From: an uncultured Acidobacteriota bacterium
Lineage (GTDB): Bacteria > Acidobacteriota > Thermoanaerobaculia > Gp7-AA8
Assembly (NCBI GenBank): GCA_963822445.1
Contig: CAWGHO010000002.1
Location: 128,001 to 192,000 of the forward strand
Reading direction: 5' to 3'
DNA length: 64,000 nucleotides
Numbering within the stretch: the stretch's first letter is position 1; each line of letters begins with the position of its first letter. Shown here in pieces: positions 39,074 through 49,398 of this stretch. Position numbers and translations under genes: made by a program. The notes under the pieces were generated by a model that was not told where the DNA came from, made no database searches, and worked only from the letters and a program-made list of their open reading frames with translations.

Positions 39074-41033
39074 ATGCGCGTATATCGCGACGACCAAAAG
39101 TTCCTCCAATTCCGCATCAACGCCGTGCTCTGGGGCATCGTGGCGGCGTTCGTCTTTCTGGCCGGCTCGTTCTGGTTCGTGCAGGGCGTGCAGGCGGAGA
39201 AGTACCGCGGGCTCTCCGAGGCCAATGCCCTGCGGGAGATCGAGGTGCCGGCGAAACGCGGGCTGATCATGGACCGCTACGGCAAGATCGTCGCGGACAA
39301 CCAGGCCGCGTACGAGCTGCAGATCGACCGCGTCGTGATGAAGCCGCTGCTCAAGGCGGATCCGAAGCATCGCGACAAGCTCATCACCTTCATCTCGACG
39401 GTCCTCGGCGTCACCGAGCCCGAGCTCCGCGCCCGCTACGACAAAGAAGCGTCTGAAGTCCCGACCACCCGGCCCTTCCCGCTCGCCGAAGACCTGACCA
39501 TGTCCCAGGTCGCGACGCTGAAGGCGCAGTCGATCGCCTTCCCCGAGATCAACGTCATCCCCGTCCAGCGCCGCAACTACCCCTACCAGACCATGGCCGC
39601 GCACGTCCTCGGATTCATCGGGGAGGTCGGCGACAAAGAGCTTTCGCAGAACGAGGCCTTCGAACAGGGCGACCTGATCGGCAAGCGCGGCGTCGAGCTG
39701 ATGTACGACTCCTACCTCCGCGGCCAGGACGGCGCCGAGTACTGGGAGTACGACGCGGACGGCCGCCGGCTCAGCGAATACGCGCCAGCCCGCAAGATTC
39801 CCGTTCCGGGCGACAACATCTATCTCACCCTCGACTTCGAGCTGCAGCGCCGCGCCGAGCAGTACTTCGCGGAGAACGAGATGGTCGGCGCGGCCGTGGT
39901 CCTCGATCCCGCGCAACGGCGAGGTCCTGGCGATGGTCTCCTCCCCCGCCTACAACCCCAACGTCTACTCGAAGCGGTTCGCGCCCGACGTCTGGAAGAC
40001 GATCATCGAGCAACCCCTTCAAGATCGAGCTGAATCGCGCCATCCAGGGCATGTACTCGCCCGGCTCGGTCTTCAAAGTGGTCATGGCCATCGCCGGACT
40101 TTCGGACGGCGTGGTCGACCCGCACACGACGTTCAACTGCGGCGGCAGCGGCGTGTTCCGCGGACGGCGCTTCCGCTGCTGGAAGAAGGAAGGCCACGGC
40201 GCGGTCGACGTCCGAGCGCGCGATGAAGGTCTCCTGCGACATCTACTTCTACAACGTCGGTGACCGCCTCGGCGTCGACAAGATCAACAAGTACGCGCAC
40301 CAGCTGACCTTCGGCGAGATCTCGCACATCGATCTCGACGGCGAGCAAGCGGGCCTGGTCCCCTCGATCGAGTGGCGCCGCAAGAATCCCGTCCGAACCT
40401 CGCGCGGCGCTGATCCGAAGTGGTATCCGGCCGAGACCATCTCCGTGGCCATCGGCCAGGGCCCGCTCATCGTGACGCCGCTGCAGGTCGCGAACATGAC
40501 CGCGGCCGTCGCCAACGGCGGCAAGGTCTTCCAGCCGCACGTCGTCCGCTACGTCGACCGCGTGCAGCCCGACGGCTCGTACAAGCGGTTCCGCGTTCCG
40601 AGCCGCGTGCTCCACGAGATCAAGCTTTCACCCGGCGCGCTCAAATCAGTGCGCGACGGTCTGTGGAAGGTGGTCAATGAGCAGGGCGGCACCGGCGGCA
40701 ACGCGCGCATCGAAGGGCTCGACATCTCCGGCAAGACCGGAACGGTGCAGGTCATCCGGCAGGTCGGCTGGGTCAAGTCGGAGCACCTGCCGTTCAAGTA
40801 CCGCGACCACGCCTGGTTCGCCTCGTTCGCACCGCTGAACAATCCGCAGATGGTCGTGGTCGTGTTCGTCGAGCACGGCGGCCACGGCGGATCGGACGCG
40901 GCGCCCCTGGCGAAGCTGCTTTACGAATCGCAGATTCCGCGACAAAGTCACCGGCGCCCGCCTCGATCTGAGCAATCCCGAGACGCTCGAGCAGATCAAG
41001 GAAGGGGAGCTGCCGCTCCCGACCACACGATGA
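39074..41033 (+). CDS. mrdA: Penicillin-binding protein 2 (about 4 frameshifts, probably sequence errors)
   Basis: Consecutive frames give RGLIMDR, GEVLAMVSSP, PGSVFK (SxxK), SCD, IGQG and GKTGT; shifts near 39910, 40008, 40212 and 40930. Confidence 0.9.
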
Positions 41034-42135
41034 TCTTCCGCGACCGGCGCATGCCGTCCGTCGACCTCAATTTTCTCGGCACCGCCGTGGTGCTGGCGAT
41101 CATCGGCTGTGTGCTGATCTACAGCGCCACGTACTACAGCGAGCCTTCGCTGAGCACGGTCAAGCGGCAGATGATCTGGGTGTGCATCGGCATCGCTCTG
41201 ATGATCGCCTTCATGGTCATCGACTACCACGTGCTGTTCGACATCGCCCCGATCCTGTACGGCATCGGCATCCTGCTACTGATCTACCTGCTGATCTGGG
41301 GACAGGTCACGGCGAACGTGAAGTCGTGGATCCGCTTCGGAGGCTTTCAGTTCCAGCCCGCCGAGTTCATGAAGGTGTTCACGGCGCTGATGGTGGCGCG
41401 CTACTTCGACTCGAACGATCGCGCGTACCTGAACTTCCGCACGTTCATGATCGCCATGGGCATCATCGCCCTGCCGGTCGGCCTGATCATCGTGCAGCCC
41501 GACTTCGGGACCGCGGCGTCGTTCTTCCCGCTCGTGGCCGTGGCGATGTTCTTCGGCGGCATCCGCGCGCAGGTCTGGACGGCGATGGTCCTGGCAGTGC
41601 TGATCGCGTCTGCCGGCCACCTACTTCTTCTTCCTCAAGCCCTATCAGCGTGAGCGCATCGCCATCTTTCTCAATCCGGAGCGCGATCCGCTCGGCTCGG
41701 GCTATCAGGTGACGCAGGCCAAGATCGCCATCGGCTCGGGCGGGATTCACGGCAAGGGATTCACGCACGGGACGCAGGGCAAGTTCGGCTTCGTCCCCGA
41801 GCATCACACCGACTTCATCTTCGCCGTCCTCGGCGAGGAATGGGGCTTCATCGGCGTGGTGATCGTGCTCGGGCTCTACCTCTACTTCGTCATACCAGGC
41901 TCTGACCTTCGCCAAACACGCACGTGACCGGGGAGGCACGTTCCTGATCATCTGCCTGGTCATGTTCTTCGTGTTTCACATCCTCATCAACGTGTCGATG
42001 CAGATCGGCATCCTGCCGACGACCGGCATTCCGCTGCCGCTGATCTCGTACGGCGGCTCGTCGACGATGATGTTCTTCATGGCCATCGGGTTGATCGCGA
42101 ACGTGGACATGCGGCGTTTCGTCAACGCGCCGTAA
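41030..42135 (+). CDS. rodA: Rod shape-determining protein RodA (2 frameshifts, probably sequence errors)
   Basis: QPAEFMK, QPDFGT, PEHHTDFIF..LGEEWG and GIPLPLISYGGSS motifs; shifts near 41610 and 41895. Confidence 0.92.
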
Positions 42136-42144
42136 ACTCCCCCC

Positions 42145-44808
42145 ATGCATCTCACATCGGGTACGCGCCTCGGCGCGTACGAGATCGTCGGCCCCATCGG
42201 CGCCGGCGGCATGGGCGAGGTCTATCGCGCACGCGACACGCGGCTCGATCGCACAGTCGCGCTGAAGATTCTGCCCGCCCGATTCGGTGAGAAGCCGGAG
42301 TTACGCGAGCGGTTCGAGCGTGAGACGCGCGTGGTGTCCAACCTCAATCACCCGAACATCTGCGCGCTGTACGACGTCGGCGAACAGGACGGCGTGGCGT
42401 ACTTCGTCATGGAGTATCTCGACGGGCAATCGCTCGCCGATCGCGTGAGTAACGGTCCGTTGCCGCTCGAGCAGGCCTTGCGTGTCGCCATCGACATCGC
42501 CAACGCGCTGGCCGTCGCCCATCGCCACGGCATCGTCCATCGCGATCTGAAACCGGGCAACGTCATGCTGACGAAGACCGGCGCGAAGCTCCTCGATTTC
42601 GGCCTGGCGCGCGCTTCGAGTGAAACCGCCGCTGTAAGACCCGACGATCCAACCGTCGCCGCGCAAACGCCTCTCACCGCTGAAGGAACGATCGTCGGGA
42701 CGCTGCAATACATGTCGCCGGAACAGCTCGAAGGCCGCGCTCTCGACGCCCGCAGCGACATCTTCGCGTTCGGCGCGGTGGTGTACGAGATGGTCACCGG
42801 ACGGCGGGCGTTTTCCGGAACGAGCCAGGCCACGCTGATCACCAGCATCATGTCCGGGACTCCGCGTCCCGTGCGCGAGCTGCAGCCCGTCACGCCGCTC
42901 GCACTCGAGCGGATCATCTCCCGCTGCCTCGAAAAGGATCCCGACAATCGCTGGCAGTGCGCGTCGGATCTGGTTGCGGAGCTCAGGACGATTTCCGCCG
43001 CCGCGAACGCGCCTCGCGAAACGACCCGACGCTCGATCCTGCCGTGGGCACTCGCTGCGCTGCTGCTCATCACCACAGCGGTGCTCGCGGCATTGCTCAT
43101 GCGACAACCTGCGCCGCGCCAGGAGCTGATCCGCTTCGACCTCACCGCCGCTTCACGCGACGTCTCGTTCGTCGGATTCGAGCCGCTGAACGTCGATCTC
43201 GCGGTCTCGCCCGACGGCACTCGCGTCGTCTACGTCGCGTTGCAGGGCAGCCGCCGCGCACTCTGGTTGCGAACGCTGACCGAGCCGAAGTCCAGGCTGA
43301 TCGAGGGCACGGCCAATGCCGAGGCTCCGTTCTGGTCACCGGATGGTAGATCGCTCGGGTTCTTCGCCATGGGCAAGCTCCAGGTGCTCGACGTCGGTTC
43401 AGGCACCGTGCGTACCGTGTGCGATCTGCAGACGAATGGCGCGCCTGCCGGCGCATGGTCGTCCGACGGATCGATCGTGATCACCGATGCCGTCCTGAAA
43501 GGCAACGTTCATGCGGTGGCGGCGGACGGCGGAGCTCCGAGACCGCTCTTTCCTCTTCCCGCCGGCTACACGTTCCACTTCCCGCAGTTTCTCAGCGACG
43601 GAAAACGATTCCTGTTCACGGCAAGCGACGCGAAGCGCCCGTCGCTCTGGCTCGGCTCGACGCAAGGCGGGCCGCCGAGGAAGATCGCGGACGACATCTC
43701 CCGCGTTCAGTTCGTCGCGCCTTACGCCGTCTTCGTTCACGACGGAACTCTGGTCGCGCAGCGATTCGATGAACGCGAGCTGGCGTTGACCGGTCCTCGC
43801 GTCCCGCTCGCGCATGACGTTCGGAACTACAAACATCTGGGCGGTTCCGCTCACGCGGCCGGAGGGCGAACCATCGTCGTGTTTCCTTTCGCCGATCCGG
43901 CACACGCGATCTGGATGGATCGAACCGGAAAGGTCATGGGAAACGCCGCGGCCGACGCCGACTACCACCAGGTTCGTGTCGCACGAGACGGCCGAAAGGC
44001 GCTGGCCGCGCTGATCGATCGCAAAACCGGATTGAGCGCGCTCTGGACACTCGACATCGCGCGAAAAAACCTGCGGCGAGCCAGCGTGGACGCGATCGAT
44101 CACGAGCGCCCGGTCTGGTCGCCCGACGGAACGCAGATCGCCTTCGTCTCCGATGTCGGCGGTTTGCCGCACATCTACGTTCACGACGTCGCAGGCGGCA
44201 ACAGCCGCGAGATCACGCCGGTCGGAAAACTTCAATTCACACGCGACTGGTCGGAAAGCGCCGGAATCATCTACGTCGAGTTCAGCGACCAGACCGGCAG
44301 CGACATCATGACCGTCTCGCCGCAGGACAAGACTCCGAAGGTCTGGCTGCGCACTCCGTTCAACGAACCGTCCGCACGCGTTTCACCGGACGGGCGATCG
44401 ATGGCCTTCATCTCCGACGAATCGGGAGCAGCGGAGCTCTACGTCGCACCCTTCGATCGGCCGCGAGACTCCGTCCGGTTGACCAGCGGCGGCGCGCGCC
44501 TTCCTGCCTGGAGCGGCGACGGCCGCGAGATCTACTTCCTGCGCGGGCGGCGGGAGATGTTTGCGGTCACGCCCACGGGCGAACCGGTTCACCTCTTCAC
44601 CACTACCGCCGACATCCTCGACTACGACGTCGCGCCGGACGGGCGCTTCCTGATTGCCCAGGCTGACGACCGTAGCGAGCAGAAACGGCTGCAGGTCATC
44701 GTGAACTGGCAGAGCGAGATCGAAAAAGACGCAATCATTTACTTCTTCCACCTTTCGATCTCCCGCCTGTCCTTCTTCGTCGGACGTCCCGCGCCGCGCT
44801 CGCGGTAG
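42145..44808 (+). CDS. Ser/Thr protein kinase with TM segment and TolB/PD40 beta-propellers
   Basis: GAGGMGEVY, HRDLKPGN, DFG, YMSPEQ and repeated WSPDG motifs. Confidence 0.95.
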   Translation: MHLTSGTRLGAYEIVGPIGAGGMGEVYRARDTRLDRTVALKILPARFGEKPELRERFERETRVVSNLNHPNICALYDVGEQDGVAYFVMEYLDGQSLADRVSNGPLPLEQALRVAIDIANALAVAHRHGIVHRDLKPGNVMLTKTGAKLLDFGLARASSETAAVRPDDPTVAAQTPLTAEGTIVGTLQYMSPEQLEGRALDARSDIFAFGAVVYEMVTGRRAFSGTSQATLITSIMSGTPRPVRELQPVTPLALERIISRCLEKDPDNRWQCASDLVAELRTISAAANAPRETTRRSILPWALAALLLITTAVLAALLMRQPAPRQELIRFDLTAASRDVSFVGFEPLNVDLAVSPDGTRVVYVALQGSRRALWLRTLTEPKSRLIEGTANAEAPFWSPDGRSLGFFAMGKLQVLDVGSGTVRTVCDLQTNGAPAGAWSSDGSIVITDAVLKGNVHAVAADGGAPRPLFPLPAGYTFHFPQFLSDGKRFLFTASDAKRPSLWLGSTQGGPPRKIADDISRVQFVAPYAVFVHDGTLVAQRFDERELALTGPRVPLAHDVRNYKHLGGSAHAAGGRTIVVFPFADPAHAIWMDRTGKVMGNAAADADYHQVRVARDGRKALAALIDRKTGLSALWTLDIARKNLRRASVDAIDHERPVWSPDGTQIAFVSDVGGLPHIYVHDVAGGNSREITPVGKLQFTRDWSESAGIIYVEFSDQTGSDIMTVSPQDKTPKVWLRTPFNEPSARVSPDGRSMAFISDESGAAELYVAPFDRPRDSVRLTSGGARLPAWSGDGREIYFLRGRREMFAVTPTGEPVHLFTTTADILDYDVAPDGRFLIAQADDRSEQKRLQVIVNWQSEIEKDAIIYFFHLSISRLSFFVGRPAPRSR

Positions 44809-45101
44809 TCGGTCAACCCCTCCACCTTCTGAGGCTGGGGCGACTCGTCGATGTAGGCGGTTCGCCCATCCTCCTTCGACAACTGCTTTTCCGGGAGGAC
44901 CTGGACGATCACTTTCCGAAATCGTTCGCCGAGGTAGAACTCGATGATGTCGCCTTCGCGGACCGGGCTGGCGGGCTTGACGCGCTGGCCATTGATTTTG
45001 ACGTGCCCGCCCTTGCAAGCCTCGGTGGCTTCGGTCCTGTGCTTGAAGAGGCAGACCATCTTCAGCCATGCGTCGATTCGGTGACGGTCGGAGGGGCTCA
45101 T
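44739..45101 (-). CDS. hslR: S4-domain RNA-binding heat-shock protein (Hsp15-like)
   Basis: RIDAWL...FKHRTEA...GHVKING...KP and GRPTKKDRR motifs. Confidence 0.9.
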   Translation of the reverse strand: MSPSDRHRIDAWLKMVCLFKHRTEATEACKGGHVKINGQRVKPASPVREGDIIEFYLGERFRKVIVQVLPEKQLSKEDGRTAYIDESPQPQKVEGLTDYRERGAGRPTKKDRREIERWKK

Positions 45102-45139
45102 CGCGCAACTATCGTATAATCAGCGCCTTCGGAGGAACC

Positions 45140-45409
45140 ATGATCAAGGCGGACATCGTCAACAAAGTCGCTGAGACCTCGGAAATCTCGCGCGTGAAGG
45201 CCGCTCAGGCCGTCGACACCGTCATCGAGGGCCTCCGCAACGCGCTCGCGCGCGGACAGCGGATCGAGCTCCGCGGTTTCGGCGTGTTTCAGGTCAAGCA
45301 GCGCAAGAAAGGCATCGGCCGCAACCCCAAGACCGGCGTCGAGGTGAAGATCCCGCCGGGCAACACCATCCGCTTCAAGCCGGGCAAGGAGCTCCGGAAC
45401 CTGCTGTAA
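45140..45409 (+). CDS. hup: HU/IHF family DNA-binding protein
   Basis: GGAGG RBS; IELRGFGVF, GRNPKTG and FKPGKEL motifs. Confidence 0.93.
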   Translation: MIKADIVNKVAETSEISRVKAAQAVDTVIEGLRNALARGQRIELRGFGVFQVKQRKKGIGRNPKTGVEVKIPPGNTIRFKPGKELRNLL

Positions 45410-45577
45410 ACAAGCGGCAAACCGGAAGGCGAGTGGCGCAACAACCGTCCGCCCGCTGCGTCATACGTAGCAGACAGACACACTCGCCGCACCGCAAACC
45501 CCCGACGGTGCACCCCAACCCTCCTCCCAGCCCTCCACCCACCCGCTGCAAAGGCAAGCAGCCGGTGGTCTGTTTAC

Positions 45578-45615
45578 CCCCGCCCAAAGGTAGGCCGGAG
45601 GCCCACACCACACCC
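45578..45615 (-). repeat. REP family 3, single copy
   Basis: Reverse complement GGTGTGGTGTGGGCCTCCGGCCTACCTTTGGGCGGGG matches 30682-30718 with 3 differences. Confidence 0.8.
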
Positions 45616-45630
45616 GGTACAATCCGCGCC

Positions 45631-47172
45631 GTGCAGGCACAGCAGACCGTCCTCGTCCTCGATTTCGGCTCCCAATTCACGCAACTGATCGCCCGGCGGA
45701 TTCGCGAGAATCGCGTTTACTCCGTCGTCCATCCGTTCGACTTCTCCATCGCCAAAGCGAGAGAGATGGCGCCGAAAGCGATCATCTTCTCGGGCGGACC
45801 GCAGTCGGTCTACTCGGAGTCCGCGCCGCACTGCTCGAAGGAGATCTTCGAGCTGGGCATCCCCATCCTCGGCATCTGCTACGGCATGCAGCTCACCGCG
45901 TACCTGCTCGACGGCCGCGTCGAAGCCGCGATGGAACGTGAGTACGGCCGTGCCGAGATCGACGTCACCGCCGAGTCGCCGCTCTTCAGGAACACGCCCG
46001 ATCATCAGAAGGTCTGGGCCAGCCACGGCGACAGCATTCTCCAGGCGCCGCCCGGTTTCAAAGTGACGGCGACCTCGCCGAGCGCCCCCATCGCCGCGTT
46101 CGAGAATCGCGACCGCCGGTGCTACGGCATCCAGTTCCATCCCGAGGTCACGCATACCGAGGCGGGTGGACAGCTGTTGAAGAACTTCCTGTTCGACATC
46201 GCCGGCTGCGAGCCGAGCTGGGACCTCGGCGACTTCCGCCGCCGCAAGGTCGAAGAGATCCGGCAGCAGGTCGGCGACCGTCACGTCATCGCCGCGGTCA
46301 GCGGCGGCGTCGATTCATCGGTCGCGGCGTTGCTCGTCGCGGAGGCGATCGGCGATCAGCTCACCGCGATCTTCGTCGACAACGGCGTGCTTCGGAAACA
46401 TGAGCCGATGCAGGTCGTCTCGCGCCTTTCCGAAGGCCTGGGCATGCACATCGTGGCCGTCGATGGACGCGACCGTTTTTACGAGCGGCTCGCCGGGATC
46501 GAAGAGCCGGAAGCGAAGCGGAAGAAGATCGGCAACGAATTCATCGCCGTGTTCGAGGAAGAAGCAAGGCGCATCCCCAACGTCGAGTTTCTGGTGCAGG
46601 GAACGCTCTACCCCGACGTCATCGAGTCGGTCTCGATCAAAGGTCCCTCCGCGGTCATCAAGACCCATCACAACGTCGGCGGATTGCCGGAAAAGATGGG
46701 CCTAAAGTTGATCGAGCCCGTTCGCGAGCTGTTCAAAGACGAAGTGCGGCAGCTCGGCATCGAGCTCGGACTGGAAGAGGAATTCGTCTGGCGCCATCCC
46801 TTCCCAGGGCCCGGCCTGGCCGTGCGCATCCTCGGCGAAGTGAACGCCGAGCGCGTCGAGATTCTGCAGAACGCCGACGAGATCGTGATCGACGAGATCC
46901 GCAAAGCCGGTCTGTATCGCGACATTGCCCAGGCATTCGCGGTTCTACTCCCTGTGCGGAGCGTCGGCGTGATGGGCGATGAGCGGACGTACGAAAACGT
47001 ACTGGCCGTTCGCGCCGTCACGACGACAGACTTCATGACCGCGGACTGGTACCGCATGCCCCACGAGCTGCTCGACCGGATGTCGCGCCGCATCGTGAAC
47101 GAGGTGCGCGGCATCAACCGCGTGGTGTACGACATCTCCTCCAAGCCGCCCAGCACGATCGAGTGGGAGTAA
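45631..47172 (+). CDS. guaA: GMP synthase (glutamine-hydrolysing)
   Basis: DFGSQ, GICYGMQ, QFHPEV, SGGVDSS, KTHHNVGG and KPPSTIEWE motifs; GTG start at 45631. Confidence 0.97.
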   Translation: MQAQQTVLVLDFGSQFTQLIARRIRENRVYSVVHPFDFSIAKAREMAPKAIIFSGGPQSVYSESAPHCSKEIFELGIPILGICYGMQLTAYLLDGRVEAAMEREYGRAEIDVTAESPLFRNTPDHQKVWASHGDSILQAPPGFKVTATSPSAPIAAFENRDRRCYGIQFHPEVTHTEAGGQLLKNFLFDIAGCEPSWDLGDFRRRKVEEIRQQVGDRHVIAAVSGGVDSSVAALLVAEAIGDQLTAIFVDNGVLRKHEPMQVVSRLSEGLGMHIVAVDGRDRFYERLAGIEEPEAKRKKIGNEFIAVFEEEARRIPNVEFLVQGTLYPDVIESVSIKGPSAVIKTHHNVGGLPEKMGLKLIEPVRELFKDEVRQLGIELGLEEEFVWRHPFPGPGLAVRILGEVNAERVEILQNADEIVIDEIRKAGLYRDIAQAFAVLLPVRSVGVMGDERTYENVLAVRAVTTTDFMTADWYRMPHELLDRMSRRIVNEVRGINRVVYDISSKPPSTIEWE

Positions 47173-47448
47173 ATAACTTTTCGCCGACCTGGTGCGTCCG
47201 TCATTCCTGACTCTCTTAAGTCACGAAATGTCTCTACTCCCATTCGGTGGATGGACGCATCGTGACAACAAGTCGATCGGCCGAATGAACGGAATCCGTA
47301 AAAGAAAATTCAGTTGCACATCTGATCCTGCGTAAGCGATAGTTACGCATCCGCGTCTAAATCGAGAGTCCAAAAATCCGCAACACACATACGGCAGGCG
47401 TACTGGCGTGTGTGACCCCGTCTTACTCGTAACAGGAGGAGAGCAGAG

Positions 47449-49194
47449 ATGAACCGTTCCCTTATTACCAGGCTTGCTGCAGTACTACTCGTAGTTGCCA
47501 TGCCGGCATTCGCGTTCGCGATCGGTAAGCCGTCCGCAGTCGGTGGTTCCATGAGCTGGGACATCGACGTGAGCGGCCATGAGAGCATCGTCCTGACCGT
47601 GCAGCATGACGGTGAGATCTACACGAAGACGTTCAAGGCCGGAAAGGCCGTCGTGTTCAATCTCAAGGACATGCCCTCCGACGTGCCGGTCGACGGCCCG
47701 TACGACTACCAGCTCAGCGTCGTTCCGAACATTTCGCCCGGCTTGAAGAAGCAGCTCGAAGCCGCGCGCGCCACCGGAGATGAGAAGGCCTCGCAGAAGG
47801 TCTTCAAGGCCGCGGGGATCGTCGTCCCCCAGCCGCAGTCGGGTACGTTCACCGTCCTGAACGGCTCGATCGTCGATCCGAACGCAACCGAGGGCGGAAA
47901 CAACGCCCGTGTCGGCACGCCGACCTCGGACGGCGTTCGCTCCTCGCCGAGCCTGAGCGGCCCGGCGTCGCGCTTCAAACCGGAAGTTCTCGACCAGGTC
48001 ATTCCTGACGACCTGATCGTGCAGGGCAGCATCTGCACCGGTTTCGACTGCGTCAACAACGAGTCCTTCGGCGTCGATACGATCAAACTGAAAGAAAACA
48101 ACCTGCGCATCTTCTTCGAAGACACGTCGACGTCCGCGGGATTTGCGTCGAACGACTGGCGGATCGTCGCCAATGACCAGCCCAGCGGTGGCGCGAACAA
48201 GTTCGCCATCGAAGACGCGACGGCTGCCCGAACCCCGATGACGATCGAGGCTGACGCTCCGGCGAACGCGCTCTATGTCGACAGCACCGGCAACATCGGC
48301 CTCCAGCAGAGCGCCCCGGGCCTGGATCTGCATATCACCACCAGCGACACGCCGGCCATGCGCTACGAACAGACCAATGCGGGCGGCTTCACCGCCCAGA
48401 CCTGGGACATCGGCGCGAACGAAGCGAACTTCTTCGTCCGCGATGTAACTGGCGGCTCGCGCCTGTCCTTCCGCATCCGCCCGGGTGCGCCGACCAGCTC
48501 GGTCGACATCGCCGCCGACGGTGACGTCGGTATCGGTACGGCCTCGCCGAGAGCGAAGCTCCACGTGATGGGCACGGGCGCGGTCACCACGTTCCCGACG
48601 TCCGTGGGTGCCGCCGACTTCATCGTCGTCGAGAACAATGGCAATGCGAACCTGGCGCTCGTCGGCTCGGCCACGGGCCAGTCGCTCGTTCGCTTCACCC
48701 ATGACGGCTCCACGATCACCGACGGCGCGCTGACCTACAACTACTCGACCAACGCGATGACGTTCATCACCAACGACGCCGAGCGCGCGCGCATCGACAC
48801 GAACGGCAGCATGGGCATCGGCACCACCAGCCCGTCCTCCCGTCTTCATGTGAATGGCGGCGACGTGCGCGTCAGCGGCGGCAGCTTCATCGACGACGGC
48901 GTCACCCTGAACGCGCCCGACTACGTGTTCGACGAGTCGTACAAGCTCATGTCGATCGACGAGCTGGCCTCCTTCATCAAGACCGAGAAGCACCTCCCGA
49001 ACGTCCCGAGCGCGACGGAGTTCAAGGCCAAGGGCATCAACCTCTCGAAGCTCGGTTTCAACCTGCTCGAGAAGGTCGAAGAGCTCACGCTCTACACGGT
49101 CGCGCAGCATGAGCAGATCGGAACGCTCAAGGCGCAGAACCAGGAACTTCTGGACCGCCTGGCGGCCCTGGAAGCGAAAGTCTCGAAGCAGTAA
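47449..49194 (+). CDS. Secreted protein with tail-fibre-like beta repeats and a chaperone-like C-terminus
   Basis: AGGAGG RBS, signal peptide, repeated GxxGIGTxxP..xLHV, and C-terminal PDYVF...HLPNVPS...LLEKVEELTLY plus coiled coil. Confidence 0.8.
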   Translation: MNRSLITRLAAVLLVVAMPAFAFAIGKPSAVGGSMSWDIDVSGHESIVLTVQHDGEIYTKTFKAGKAVVFNLKDMPSDVPVDGPYDYQLSVVPNISPGLKKQLEAARATGDEKASQKVFKAAGIVVPQPQSGTFTVLNGSIVDPNATEGGNNARVGTPTSDGVRSSPSLSGPASRFKPEVLDQVIPDDLIVQGSICTGFDCVNNESFGVDTIKLKENNLRIFFEDTSTSAGFASNDWRIVANDQPSGGANKFAIEDATAARTPMTIEADAPANALYVDSTGNIGLQQSAPGLDLHITTSDTPAMRYEQTNAGGFTAQTWDIGANEANFFVRDVTGGSRLSFRIRPGAPTSSVDIAADGDVGIGTASPRAKLHVMGTGAVTTFPTSVGAADFIVVENNGNANLALVGSATGQSLVRFTHDGSTITDGALTYNYSTNAMTFITNDAERARIDTNGSMGIGTTSPSSRLHVNGGDVRVSGGSFIDDGVTLNAPDYVFDESYKLMSIDELASFIKTEKHLPNVPSATEFKAKGINLSKLGFNLLEKVEELTLYTVAQHEQIGTLKAQNQELLDRLAALEAKVSKQ

Positions 49195-49217
49195 CTCCCG
49201 CTCCATCGCTCTAACCG

Positions 49218-49252
49218 AACGGCCGCCGGGCAACCGGCGGCCGTTTTGTTTT
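49218..49252 (+). terminator. Intrinsic terminator
   Basis: AACGGCCGCCGG-GCAA-CCGGCGGCCGTT followed by TTGTTTT. Confidence 0.85.
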
Positions 49253-49261
49253 GCGCGAACG

Positions 49262-49297
49262 AAAAAAATGGGGCGCGGTCGGAAGAACCGCGCCCCA
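49262..49297 (-). terminator. Intrinsic terminator of the dcw/ftsZ transcript
   Basis: Minus strand reads TGGGGCGCGGT-N7-ACCGCGCCCCA-TTTTTTT. Confidence 0.88.
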
Positions 49298-49398
49298 CCA
49301 GGGAGCAGTGGTTCAGGGGCCCTCTCCCCTGAACCGATTTGGCGCATAGGAGGGATGCGCCATGCCGGGCGATGGTCCGGCATTCAAAGCTGTCGTTT

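Noticed and set aside
45410-45575. Possible riboswitch upstream of guaA (GGCAAACC start, several stems)
   Set aside because: It lacks the GAAA tetraloop and GACGCAAAG pattern of c-di-GMP-I and any purine-riboswitch core. guaA also appears to have its own -10 box 7 nt before the start. An Infernal search would settle this.
47449-49194. Prophage
   Set aside because: Only one fibre-like gene, which has a signal peptide; no integrase, capsid, terminase or att repeats were seen.
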